Virus record (IMG/VR): IMGVR_UViG_3300017565_000341
Location: 1 to 36,968 of that record
Source: a virus
Lineage: Duplodnaviria > Caudoviricetes
Strand: one strand, 5' to 3'
DNA length: 36,968 nucleotides
Shown: positions 7,907 through 16,789 of the stretch, in pieces
Layout: the number at the start of each line of letters is the position of its first letter
How positions within the stretch are numbered: the stretch's first letter is position 1
Notes under the pieces: model-generated
Databases searched by the model: none
Told to the model about the DNA's origin: nothing
What the model saw: only the letters and a program-made list of their open reading frames with translations
Translations under genes and position numbers: made by a program

Positions 7907-10120
7907 TTATGAGAACTTGGGGCTGGGGATCTTACTGACCGCGTCGACCACTTCACCGACCGCCTCGACCATCCGGCCGGTATTGGTCACCGTCCGCTCG
8001 GTGTTCTTGGCGATCTTGTCTTGAATGTTGCCGCCGCCCATGCCGAGCAGCGCCGCACCGACGGCGGAAAACGAGCCGGCGTTCTGTTTGGTCGCTTCAC
8101 GGCCGGCAGTCATCGCCTGGTCCTGCGTTGCCTCGGCCTCAGCCGCGGCGTCTTGGGTGACCACAGCCGCCGCTTCATCGGCTTGCGCCGTCAGCGCGTT
8201 CAGCTTCGCGAGGTTGGCGGCAGCGAGAGCGCTGATACCACCGACACTGTCGGCGTTGGCCTTCGCGATCAATGCGTCACGCTCGGCACGGCTAGCCGCG
8301 ATGTCGGCATTCACACGCTGCTCTGCGTCGAGGCTCGCTTGGCCGTTGGCGATCTGTGCAGCCAGCCGTGCAGCGTCTGCCCGCCGCTGATCTTGGGCGA
8401 AAGCAGCCTCCGCATCGCCGTACATCCCGGCCACCGATCCCAGCGCGCCGGCCACCTTGGCGGTCAGCCCGGTCGGATCGTACTCCGCCACGGCCGACGC
8501 CACGCGTGACAGGTTCGACATCGCCGACTGCATCACGCCTGCGAGCATCCCCATCGCCGAACGGAACACGCTGACGATCGAGTGCGACAACGTTTGCCAG
8601 ACTTCCGACAGCCCGACCGTGAAGCCCGACCACAGCTTGCGGATCACGCCGATACCCGTGACGAAAGCCACCTTGGCCGATGCCCAGAGGATGTCAAAGG
8701 CCAGCGACAGATTGCCGCCAGCGATCGCGTTGCCCGCCGCTCCGAATACCTCGACCACCGATCCGAGAAGATCAGCCAGGTAGTCGTATAGTCCCAAAGC
8801 GCGATCGGCGATCGGCTGGAAGATCGACGGGGCGAAGCTGATCACCCACGCCGCCAGTGACCCGAAGATCTCTTGGCCCTGCGACCATATCCAAGTGATT
8901 GCAGCGACGGCCTGCTCCGCACCGGTGAAGAACGCGGCCTGCACACCGACCCACAGAATGCGAGCCGCCAGACCAAAGTCAGCGGCATAGATCGCTGCCG
9001 ACATGCCGCCGAACGTCGTCTGCACGATGCCGAAGATCTGACCCACGGCCGCTCGGATCGGAGCGATCGAGTCCCAGAACGCCATCGCCCAACCGATGAT
9101 CATGTCGCGGTGCAACCACGCAGCCACACCGACAGCAGCGATCGCGGCAACGGCAACCGCCGCGGGAGTGAACATGGCTGACATAGCCGCGGACGCAAAG
9201 CCGATTACGCTCAGCAGCGGCGGAATCAACAGGCTCGCTCCCAGCGCCGCGGTACCCACTCCCAACAACACCCCGCCCAACGCTCCGACTGCGCCGACAC
9301 CGTATAAGATCGTCCGCATCAGTGTGGCGTTGTCGCTGGCAAAGTTCTTTACTGCCTTTGCCCCGGAGTTGAACAATTGAATGAGAGCTGTCGCTGGCGG
9401 CAGCAAGTAGTTCCCAAGCGTTGTCGCAAGGTCCGAGACGTGGGCCGCGACCTCCTTCATCTGGTTCGCATAGCTGCCAGCCATCGCGATCGCATCGCCT
9501 TGGGCCGATGTCGTTCCCGCCATGATCATGGCCAGCGTAGCCTGCGCCTTCTGTGCGTTGGTGGCGTTCTTAGGGTCGATCCCTTGGTTGAGCAACTTCT
9601 GATTGATGCCAGTCTGATTGATCACCACGCCGTACTTCTTCATCACCTCCGTGCTGCCGGTCATCGCCGCCTGCAGGTCAAACATCGCCTCGGCATCGGT
9701 CTTGTTGTTGAAACTTGCCAAGTCGAATGCGAGCTTGGTTAGCGCCTTGCTCGATTCGGTAGCCGTCGCCTTATCGATCCCCAGTGGAATCAGCAGGTTT
9801 TGCGTGTCGCCCATGAACTGCTCGATCTGCTGCTGCGACCGACCAACCTCGCCAGCGAATGTCTGAGCCCATGCCCGGGCGGCATCGGCATTGGTGCCGA
9901 ACATCGTGTCAAACTTTGCCGCAGTGTCTTCAGCAATCGACGCAGCATTGAGCAGCGGCGCGATCATTCCGGCCGAGGCGCCGAGCATGCCGCCACCGGC
10001 CAGGGCTGCCGTCTTGCCGAAGTCACGCAGCCGCTTTTCAGTGGCTTTGAGTCCGGCTTCGATCTTGGTCCGCAGACCGAGCTCAACGTACGCGCCGCCG
10101 GCTCTGACTTCCTTTGCCAT
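7907..10120 (-). CDS. Tail tape measure protein
   Basis: 737 aa, Ala/Gly-rich helical with periodic aromatics; AGGAYVEL start; LAFDLASFNN, AAMTGSTEVMKKYGVVI. Confidence 0.9.
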   Translation of the reverse strand: MAKEVRAGGAYVELGLRTKIEAGLKATEKRLRDFGKTAALAGGGMLGASAGMIAPLLNAASIAEDTAAKFDTMFGTNADAARAWAQTFAGEVGRSQQQIEQFMGDTQNLLIPLGIDKATATESSKALTKLAFDLASFNNKTDAEAMFDLQAAMTGSTEVMKKYGVVINQTGINQKLLNQGIDPKNATNAQKAQATLAMIMAGTTSAQGDAIAMAGSYANQMKEVAAHVSDLATTLGNYLLPPATALIQLFNSGAKAVKNFASDNATLMRTILYGVGAVGALGGVLLGVGTAALGASLLIPPLLSVIGFASAAMSAMFTPAAVAVAAIAAVGVAAWLHRDMIIGWAMAFWDSIAPIRAAVGQIFGIVQTTFGGMSAAIYAADFGLAARILWVGVQAAFFTGAEQAVAAITWIWSQGQEIFGSLAAWVISFAPSIFQPIADRALGLYDYLADLLGSVVEVFGAAGNAIAGGNLSLAFDILWASAKVAFVTGIGVIRKLWSGFTVGLSEVWQTLSHSIVSVFRSAMGMLAGVMQSAMSNLSRVASAVAEYDPTGLTAKVAGALGSVAGMYGDAEAAFAQDQRRADAARLAAQIANGQASLDAEQRVNADIAASRAERDALIAKANADSVGGISALAAANLAKLNALTAQADEAAAVVTQDAAAEAEATQDQAMTAGREATKQNAGSFSAVGAALLGMGGGNIQDKIAKNTERTVTNTGRMVEAVGEVVDAVSKIPSPKFS

Positions 10121-10121
10121 A

Positions 10122-10664
10122 TCAACCTCTCACTGCGTTGCGCCAAGATTCCACGATCGTCCCGGCTTTGATCTCGGCCTGCAGGCTCGGCCCCATAAAC
10201 GGGCGAGCCCGGTACTTTGCCAGGCGTGTCCGATAGAGCTTGTGGGGAGACTGTTTGCGTCTCATGTCACGCCGGTACCACGTGCGGTAGCCCAGGTAGC
10301 GTTCTTCTGCAATTCGTACCGAGCCGCCGAATTCCAGCAGCGAAGGAACGCTGACACTGCTGCCGGTGGATCCGCGGTTGAACTGATTGAGCTTCACCGG
10401 CCCGACGACTACCGTTTCTGTCCGCGGGTCGAGAAAGAACAGGATGTTCTTCAGCGTGGCGACGTTGTCCCGTGATCGCACAGACGGCGGGCTGCCCGGC
10501 TGTGAAACCGCCTTGCGACGTCGCAGGATGTTCGTCTTCGCGCGTCGGCGTACGAACGCACCTTGGCGGCTCAGCATGCGGAGCCGAGCCGCGTCGATCT
10601 TCCGCCGCAATTCAGCGCGGTCTAGGAAAAACTGCGTGACCCGATAGGTGGTTTCGAAAGCCAT
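10122..10664 (-). CDS. Neck/tail-completion protein (HK97 gp10-like)
   Basis: Basic protein with SQPGSPPSVRS...LKNI, LEFGG and ARPFMGPSL motifs. Confidence 0.65.
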   Translation of the reverse strand: MAFETTYRVTQFFLDRAELRRKIDAARLRMLSRQGAFVRRRAKTNILRRRKAVSQPGSPPSVRSRDNVATLKNILFFLDPRTETVVVGPVKLNQFNRGSTGSSVSVPSLLEFGGSVRIAEERYLGYRTWYRRDMRRKQSPHKLYRTRLAKYRARPFMGPSLQAEIKAGTIVESWRNAVRG

Positions 10665-10677
10665 GGCATCCTTGCCA
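10664..10677 (-). promoter_or_regulatory. CsrA-type hairpin over RBS
   Basis: UGGC-AAGGAU-GCCA; the last A is the A of AUG. Confidence 0.6.
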
Positions 10678-10723
10678 GTTGGTCACAAGTTCACGGATTC
10701 CGGGAATCCATGAACTTGCTAGG

Positions 10724-11479
10724 TTATCGCTTCCGAGCGAACGTCAGCCCGGATCGTTTTGAGACAGCAGCGACCGACACCGCGAACTTGCTCAGCGGGT
10801 CACCGCGGCCGCAGGCCTGGTCGACAATAAAAGCTCGAGCCTCGGCACCTTCGGGAAAGATCACCGCCCAGTACGCAGACGGCACGCGGTGCGATCGCTC
10901 GGCCGGAGCCGCTGGCAGCGGCGGCATCGGCCGTTCGTACAGCGGGCCGACAACCACGTCGGCCGTCTCGTGCTGGTCGGCCAGCTCCCGGGCCAGCGTC
11001 TCGATCTTCACCCACGGGCCGCGGTTCAGGTCCGGCGTCTGCGGTGCGACGTTGATCATCGCATTCAGCTCGAACGCATGCGGTGAATTCTTCAGCGCGG
11101 CCAGCGGTGCCAGGTGACCGATGTCGTACAGCGGCCCGGCGTAATCGCTCGCCCTGAGCGTCACGTCGGGAAGCAGGTTGATCCATCGCCGCTCGATCGC
11201 GTTGCGAGTGTCGCCGCTGGTCGACGTCACCCGGTAGGCACACCACGTGGCCAGCCGTGTCTCCGGATCGAGCGACACCGCGTACAGCCGGCCGACCAGT
11301 AGGTAATTGGTGCACGGAGCGCCGGCGGGCAGCTGCTCCGCGTGCACGGTCATGATCGGACCGCATTGGCACTGCTGACAGTTAGCGCCGCAGTGATCCG
11401 CGGCGGTGGCCGCCAACGCAAAAGCCCAGCCTAGTAAGGCGATCGCAACAGCGATCGTGGCAATCTGTAATCGGTTCAT
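10724..11479 (-). CDS. Secreted DNA/RNA non-specific endonuclease (NucA/EndA family)
   Basis: Signal peptide; YDIGHLAP (DRGH-like motif), MINVAPQTPDLNRGPWVKIE, VPSAYW. Confidence 0.85.
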   Translation of the reverse strand: MNRLQIATIAVAIALLGWAFALAATAADHCGANCQQCQCGPIMTVHAEQLPAGAPCTNYLLVGRLYAVSLDPETRLATWCAYRVTSTSGDTRNAIERRWINLLPDVTLRASDYAGPLYDIGHLAPLAALKNSPHAFELNAMINVAPQTPDLNRGPWVKIETLARELADQHETADVVVGPLYERPMPPLPAAPAERSHRVPSAYWAVIFPEGAEARAFIVDQACGRGDPLSKFAVSVAAVSKRSGLTFARKR

Positions 11480-11830
11480 CCTTGGACCTGATCTGGGGAA
11501 ATTCTAATAACCTGCACCGGCCGTTGCTCAGCCAGTGCCCGATGTTCGGCCGCGACTCTTGCGGCCGTGTAGTTGCTTGGCCGAGGCTCACGCTCGCGCA
11601 GCGGGTGAAAATCCTCTGGCCTCACTTTGGGAGTTTTGCGGTCCGTGTTGACGTTGTAGATCAGCGCCAGCACAGCGGCCGTGTGATCCCATTGCTCCGT
11701 GCGTTTGGCGTTGGCCGCATCCAACAACTGGCCATAGGTCAGCTGCATCGCATAAGGGTCGACCCCCGCGATCGCACTTAGCTGGGCGACGGTTGCCCAG
11801 GGGTCGCTGCGTCGCTTTCGTTTTTGCTTT
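11476..11830 (-). CDS. Tail assembly chaperone T-part (-1 frame extension)
   Basis: GVDPYAMQLTYGQL...WDHTAAVLALIYN...RPEDFHP resembles gpT-type chaperone tails. Lies in the -1 frame of the upstream ORF; start uncertain. Confidence 0.55.
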
Positions 11831-12293
11831 CGCTGCCGAGCAGTTGCTCCAGCGCTCGCCGCCGGGCGCTGCTGTACGCTCCGGTCTGGATCGCGGTGAA
11901 CCGCTTGGCCGTCTGGCTGTCCATCAGCTTGTTCGACTCGGCCCGGTTGTGACGCTCGGTCGCGACGAGACTTTCGGCCAGCCGCGCGAGCGCCCCGCGG
12001 CCGACTGAATCGAAAAAACTTGTGAGAGCCTGCAGCCACGCGTCGACCGCTTCATCCAAGCACTTCTGGATCGAACGGATGAACTCGGCCTCATCGACGC
12101 CTTGCCGCTCAGCCTGCAGACGGACCGTATGCCACAGCAGCTCGGCGAAGTCGATCACGCTGGCCGTGGCCTTTTGCACGCCATCGCTGCCGATCAAATC
12201 AATGCCGGTTGCTTTGCGGATGTCGCGGACCAGCGGCAGGTCGTACTCGATCGTGTAACGCCGGCCGTCGATGGCGGTGAACTGTTGGGACAT
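11778..12293 (-). CDS. Tail assembly chaperone (G-like)
   Basis: Between tail tube and tape measure; FTAIDGRRYTIEYDL..VRDIRKATGIDL...LTSFF. ATG 12293 with an AGGGAG RBS. Confidence 0.65.
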   Translation of the reverse strand: MSQQFTAIDGRRYTIEYDLPLVRDIRKATGIDLIGSDGVQKATASVIDFAELLWHTVRLQAERQGVDEAEFIRSIQKCLDEAVDAWLQALTSFFDSVGRGALARLAESLVATERHNRAESNKLMDSQTAKRFTAIQTGAYSSARRRALEQLLGSESKNESDAATPGQPSPS

Positions 12294-12295
12294 GG

Positions 12296-12311
12296 TCGGC
12301 CTCCCTGCCGA
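12296..12311 (-). promoter_or_regulatory. CsrA-type hairpin over RBS
   Basis: UCGGC-AGGGAG-GCCGA, 2 nt before the AUG. Confidence 0.6.
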
Positions 12312-12342
12312 GTTGTGGGTCATGCTGGACGGTGGATCGCAG

Positions 12343-12367
12343 GTTGGAGTTCAGGCTTTAGCCTGCG
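12343..12367. repeat. REP-like 25-mer, copy 1
   Basis: GTTGGAGTTCAGGCTTTAGCCTGCG identical to 21721-21745; internal hairpin CAGGCT-TT-AGCCTG. Confidence 0.75.
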
Positions 12368-12413
12368 ATCCAACCTGCGAGTTTCTTTTCTACTGCCCAA
12401 AGCGGGCGACTGC

Positions 12414-13031
12414 TTACAGACGTGGGCGCTTCGGTGCCGGCTTCGCGGGGGCAGGGGCCGGAGCAGGGGCGGGCGTCGGTTCCGGAGCGGGCTCAACCAC
12501 GGGCTCGACAACCGGTTCCTCGGCAACCACCGGTTCCGGCGTCGGCTCTGCGGCCGGCTCGGGAGCTGGTTCCGTGACCACGGGCTCCGCGACCGGTTCA
12601 TCGACCACGTCGACCGCTGGCACTTCGGCCACTGGTTCGGTGGCCACCGGTTCAACTGCGGGTTGCTCGGCCGGCGTGTCCGTGACTTCGCCGGCGGGCT
12701 CATCGCCTGCAGGCTCGTCAGCGGGTTCGACCACGGGCTCTTCGGTAACCACCGGCTCCGGCGTCGGCTCTGCAGCCGGTTCGGCCACTGAATCAGTCTC
12801 CGACTGGACCGCGTGCACGGCCTCGAAGGCCTTTAGGATCTTGCTCACGGTGGCTGCCTTGACCGTCACGGTCACAGTCGGAGGCATGTTCTCCAGATCC
12901 GTCAACTGCTTGACGTCGGAGTCGGGATGGTTGGCCATCACTTCGCGAAACGGTGCGAGATCCTGCGCCTTGATCTCGATCAAAGCGAGGCCGGCCGCAA
13001 CCAGGGCGATCAGTTTTTGGAGTTGGGGCAT
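12414..13031 (-). CDS. Pro/Glu/Ala/Val-rich repetitive protein
   Basis: EPAAEPTPEPVV(T/A)EEPVVEP duplicated; PAPAPAPA tail. Confidence 0.7.
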   Translation of the reverse strand: MPQLQKLIALVAAGLALIEIKAQDLAPFREVMANHPDSDVKQLTDLENMPPTVTVTVKAATVSKILKAFEAVHAVQSETDSVAEPAAEPTPEPVVTEEPVVEPADEPAGDEPAGEVTDTPAEQPAVEPVATEPVAEVPAVDVVDEPVAEPVVTEPAPEPAAEPTPEPVVAEEPVVEPVVEPAPEPTPAPAPAPAPAKPAPKRPRL

Positions 13032-13037
13032 GAGTCT

Positions 13038-13055
13038 TTTGACTTCCATGTCAAA
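13038..13055 (-). promoter_or_regulatory. CsrA-type hairpin over RBS
   Basis: UUUGAC-AUGGAA-GUCAAA just upstream of AUG 13031. Confidence 0.6.
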
Positions 13056-13084
13056 GGGGAAAGGGATCAAACAGCAACCGAGGG

Positions 13085-13588
13085 TTAGCCCCCCGATGCT
13101 TCGGTCACGAACGCCACGCGTTCCCACGGGGTGCCATCGTCGAGGTTGGCATCGGCCAGCTTCAGCTCGACCTCGACCGTGACGGCATCGCCGAAGGGGC
13201 GCTTCTCGCTGAGCTTGTTCACCGAGTAGGGACCGTGGAAACCACGCGCCCCGACCTCAGCGATCGGCCGATCACACGCCCAATAGTGCACGCACTTATT
13301 GGGATCGGTGTAGGCATCGAGCAGCGCGTTATAGACCGGGTCATCAGCACGCTGCAGCTTATAAACGAACGCCACACTGGTCGCTCGCTTGCCGCGGATC
13401 GACTTCACAAAGTCGCTGCCTTTGTGCTGCAGATCCGTCGTTGCGCGTTCGTCTGGATGATCGACGTCTTCCAGCCGCTCGATTCGCAAATAAACCGGAG
13501 CCGCCAGCGTGCCGATGTTCAGGTACTCGCACGCCATGTGCCCCGGGTAAGCGCCGTTGATTTCGTCCAGCACGATTTCACCAGGCAT
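13085..13588 (-). CDS. Major tail tube protein
   Basis: 167 aa beta-rich; GFHGPYSVNKLSEKRPFGDAVTVEVELK; position after the head-tail genes. Confidence 0.7.
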   Translation of the reverse strand: MPGEIVLDEINGAYPGHMACEYLNIGTLAAPVYLRIERLEDVDHPDERATTDLQHKGSDFVKSIRGKRATSVAFVYKLQRADDPVYNALLDAYTDPNKCVHYWACDRPIAEVGARGFHGPYSVNKLSEKRPFGDAVTVEVELKLADANLDDGTPWERVAFVTEASGG

Positions 13589-13594
13589 GATTCA

Positions 13595-14104
13595 TTACTC
13601 CCAACGCCGATAAGGCACAGTGAAGATGGTCAAAAAAAGTCGGTCAGATTCGAGCACCGCATTTTCAAGCGTGCTCGGTTGTTCGGGAGCATTGGCCGGC
13701 AAGTATCCGAGCACCGGCCGCTGTGCGAGCTGGCCCGCCGTGCTGCCACCGGGCTGCCCTGATTGAACTCTCACGAACAGATCAAACAGCTCCTCGGCCA
13801 GCGAGTCTAAGCCGTCGATCGTTTCGTTCGCGTTATAAGAATCCTCGCCGGCCTTGGGCTCTGGTAAGTGCTGGACGATCGCGATCTCCAACACGACATC
13901 ACGCGGCCCGGTCACCCGGCCATCATCGGTGCGGCCGCGGCTTACCGGGCGAATGTTGACGATCGCCGTCTCCAGCTCACGCTTGCTCGCAAACGACGGA
14001 TGCCACAACGCCTTCACCGTCGCCCGCTCACCGACGTAGCCGATCAGCAGCTCTTGCACGGCGACCGCTAACTGTCGGGCACGGCTTCGGGTAACGGCTG
14101 GCAT
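13595..14104 (-). CDS. Tail terminator-like protein
   Basis: TGATG-coupled start; DVVLEIAIVQ...LDSLAEELFD...FLTIFTVPY; synteny. Confidence 0.55.
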   Translation of the reverse strand: MPAVTRSRARQLAVAVQELLIGYVGERATVKALWHPSFASKRELETAIVNIRPVSRGRTDDGRVTGPRDVVLEIAIVQHLPEPKAGEDSYNANETIDGLDSLAEELFDLFVRVQSGQPGGSTAGQLAQRPVLGYLPANAPEQPSTLENAVLESDRLFLTIFTVPYRRWE

Positions 14105-14484
14105 CAGGCTTCGTCGCTGTACTTGTCGGTATGAACCCGCAGCCGCACCTCGCGGCCATCGGAATCGGTGAAACAATTGCCGGATGGGCCGGCCACAACC
14201 TCATACACACCCTCGCCGCTTTCCGGTGTGATGCGAGCACCTTCGGCCGGCACGATCGGTTGGCCATCGTCAGTGACAAACTCATCCTTGATGATCAGCC
14301 AATCGACCCACTTCTTGCCGACCGTCACCTCACCGCCGCCGCCGATTTGCGTGGGCGACGTCTGCGCGACAACCGCCAGCACGCGAATGCTCACCCCGAA
14401 ACCGTCATACCGCACCCACTGCCCGCCGGCGACGCGCTGCAGCAGGCGAGCTTGGATGCGGTGCGATCGCTTCAGGATGTCCAT
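14104..14484 (-). CDS. Head-tail joining / head closure protein
   Basis: 126 aa after capsid; DWLIIKDE...PAEGARI...YEVV...LRVHT. Confidence 0.6.
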   Translation of the reverse strand: MDILKRSHRIQARLLQRVAGGQWVRYDGFGVSIRVLAVVAQTSPTQIGGGGEVTVGKKWVDWLIIKDEFVTDDGQPIVPAEGARITPESGEGVYEVVAGPSGNCFTDSDGREVRLRVHTDKYSDEA

Positions 14485-14496
14485 AGCGGATCCGGA

Positions 14497-15447
14497 TTAG
14501 GGGGCAGCCGCCACGGCCGCTTCGTTCTTGCTGAGCGAGCTGGTCGTGATGATCGGAACGCCGTACACCTCGGTCGGGATCGGAGCCGGAGCACCGGTGG
14601 CCGTGGTCGCGGTGCGGCTCTGCTGGAGCTGCTTGCGAGCGTGGCGATTCATCACCAGGTGCGTGGCCGGGGCCTCTTCCTCAAACTCGTTCAACAGGTC
14701 CGCGATCAAGTCGTCGTTCAGCGGCTTGGCGCCACCGACGTTGACCAGGCGAGCAACCGTGTTGCTGGTCGCGATCTGCAGACCGACCCAGCCGTCGATT
14801 TCCTGCATGTACGCCGGGAACTTCTTGCCGCTGCTGTCGGTCACGAACTGAATGAAGAAGTCCTCGATCCGGATTTCACCGTCGCCGAGCACCACGCACA
14901 CGCCCGATTCATCCGGCACGCTACGAATGGCCCACACGCTGTGGCGATCATTGGTCGCACCGCCGGCCGCGTTCACAACGTGGGGCGAATCGAGGTAGCG
15001 GTACGAATCGATCAGGCCCGCGAAGCCGGCCGCGTCACCGTCAGCGCCGACGATGCCGTTGATCAATTGTTCTTCGGCTTTGCGCAGTGCCGCGGCCAGA
15101 TGCCGAGCGGCTTCCCGTGCCATGTGCCCCGCCACGCCGTTCTTTTTGTCGATGTCAACAACCTTCTTATCCTTATGGAAAGAGGCATCGAGGATCTTCA
15201 GCGTGACGGTGACCAGTTCATCGGTCGAACGATCGTGATCACGGCCAGCGTTCGCCGCACGGAAGCCAACGACCGGAGCGCCGCTGTACTTCGTGTAGGT
15301 GTGGGTCGCGCCGTTGGTTGACTCGATCGCCATCAGAGCGGCGAGCAACGGGGCGGAGTTGAAGATCTCCGTCGCGCCAGCATCGCGGGCGTTCAGGTCG
15401 TTAATCTTGGCCATGTCAGCCAAGGTGGTCAGGTCATCGGCCATCAT
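14497..15447 (-). CDS. Major capsid protein
   Basis: 316 aa after the protease/scaffold; PVVGFRAANAG, LINGIVG, LVMNRHARKQLQ, VYGVPIITTSSL. Confidence 0.85.
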   Translation of the reverse strand: MMADDLTTLADMAKINDLNARDAGATEIFNSAPLLAALMAIESTNGATHTYTKYSGAPVVGFRAANAGRDHDRSTDELVTVTLKILDASFHKDKKVVDIDKKNGVAGHMAREAARHLAAALRKAEEQLINGIVGADGDAAGFAGLIDSYRYLDSPHVVNAAGGATNDRHSVWAIRSVPDESGVCVVLGDGEIRIEDFFIQFVTDSSGKKFPAYMQEIDGWVGLQIATSNTVARLVNVGGAKPLNDDLIADLLNEFEEEAPATHLVMNRHARKQLQQSRTATTATGAPAPIPTEVYGVPIITTSSLSKNEAAVAAAP

Positions 15448-15457
15448 GCATCCTTGC
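15448..15457 (-). promoter_or_regulatory. CsrA consensus-like site at capsid RBS
   Basis: GC-AAGGAU-GC, matching the CARGGAUG core of the CsrA consensus. Confidence 0.5.
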
Positions 15458-15514
15458 GGTTAGCGCGGCGAAACAGAAATACGAACGTGAGTTTGAGCCT
15501 AAGACTCTTGAGTC

Positions 15515-16789
15515 TTAGGTCGCTTTTTGCTTGAACAGGCTATTCCAGCCGGTGCCGGCTTGCTTCTCGCCCTTGGCGGGAGCCCCGGTATCAATGGGAG
15601 TCTTCTCCCCAGTGTGCATGCTGGCCAGCCGTTCTTCGGCGGCGGCCTTGGCGGCGTTGGCCTCGGCAAGCTGATCGCCCAGCGACTTGATATGAGCGGT
15701 CTGAGCGGCCGAGTAATCGAGCCCATCGGCGAAGTACTGAGCCCCGGCCTCCGGGCCGAAGTCGGCCATGTACCGCTTCAGCTCCGCGCGCGGATCGACG
15801 GCCGGAGCGGTAACAGTCGTCACGGCCGGCGTGGCCGGATCGGTGGCCTTGGGTTCATCGGTGGGGACGTCGGCTTTGGGTGTCGCGGTCGACATGGAGA
15901 AACTCCGTTGGGTTGAGGTGGATTGAATTGCGGCCTCAAGCGCCGCGACAGCTTCGTCATACGTGCCGACCGCATCGATCAGCTGGAGATCCACGGCACG
16001 GGTGCCGACGTGAACCCGGCCATCGTTCAGCGACTGCACCGTCGCGGCCGAGAGCTTCCGGCCTGACTCGATGCCGGCCAGGAAGAATGAATTCAGGTCA
16101 TCGATCGTGCGTTGCATTTCGGCCAATTGGGCCCCGGTGACCTCGGTCCCGGGAACGCCGCTGCCTTTGAACTCGCCGGCCCGCACCACGTGCACCTTGA
16201 TCCCTTGGGCCGCCGCGGCAGCCGACAGGTCATGCACCACGGCAAACGTGCCGATCGATCCGATCAGCGCCGTCGCATTGCTGCTCAGCCGCGAGGCCTG
16301 CGAAGCGATCCAGTACGCCGCACTGGCGGCCATGTCTTCCGCGAACGCGTGCGTCGGCTTCACGGCCGCGGCCGCCGCAACCTCGTTGGCCAGCTCACGA
16401 GTGCCCGCCACGGTGCCACCCGGTGAATCGATCGCCAGCATGATGCCGCGGACCGCAGGATCAGCCGCCGCTTGGCGGATGTCGCGCCGCGCCATCACGG
16501 TCGAGGTAGCACTGCTCAGGCTCATCTGATGCTTCATCAACGTGCCGCGGACCGACACGTGAGCGATGCCGTCGATCAGCTCCGTGTGATAACCGTAGTA
16601 CTCATCATCACCGCCGGCTCGTGATTGCGCTTCGACGGCCGCCAGGTGTTGGCTGATGTCGACGCCCCGGATCAGCTCGCTCAGCGCTTGCACGTGGTCC
16701 GGCAGCATCGCCCACGGGCCGAGCCACTGAGTGAGGTGCGGCACCGAGCCGATTGATTGCAGGTCGAGATTGATGGTTTGCTGAATCAT
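15515..16789 (-). CDS. S49 (SppA/ClpP-like) prohead protease with C-terminal scaffold
   Basis: IDSPGGTVAG, AASAAYWIAS, IGSIG, AGEFKG; low-complexity C-terminus beginning MSTATPK. Confidence 0.9.
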   Translation of the reverse strand: MIQQTINLDLQSIGSVPHLTQWLGPWAMLPDHVQALSELIRGVDISQHLAAVEAQSRAGGDDEYYGYHTELIDGIAHVSVRGTLMKHQMSLSSATSTVMARRDIRQAAADPAVRGIMLAIDSPGGTVAGTRELANEVAAAAAVKPTHAFAEDMAASAAYWIASQASRLSSNATALIGSIGTFAVVHDLSAAAAAQGIKVHVVRAGEFKGSGVPGTEVTGAQLAEMQRTIDDLNSFFLAGIESGRKLSAATVQSLNDGRVHVGTRAVDLQLIDAVGTYDEAVAALEAAIQSTSTQRSFSMSTATPKADVPTDEPKATDPATPAVTTVTAPAVDPRAELKRYMADFGPEAGAQYFADGLDYSAAQTAHIKSLGDQLAEANAAKAAAEERLASMHTGEKTPIDTGAPAKGEKQAGTGWNSLFKQKAT

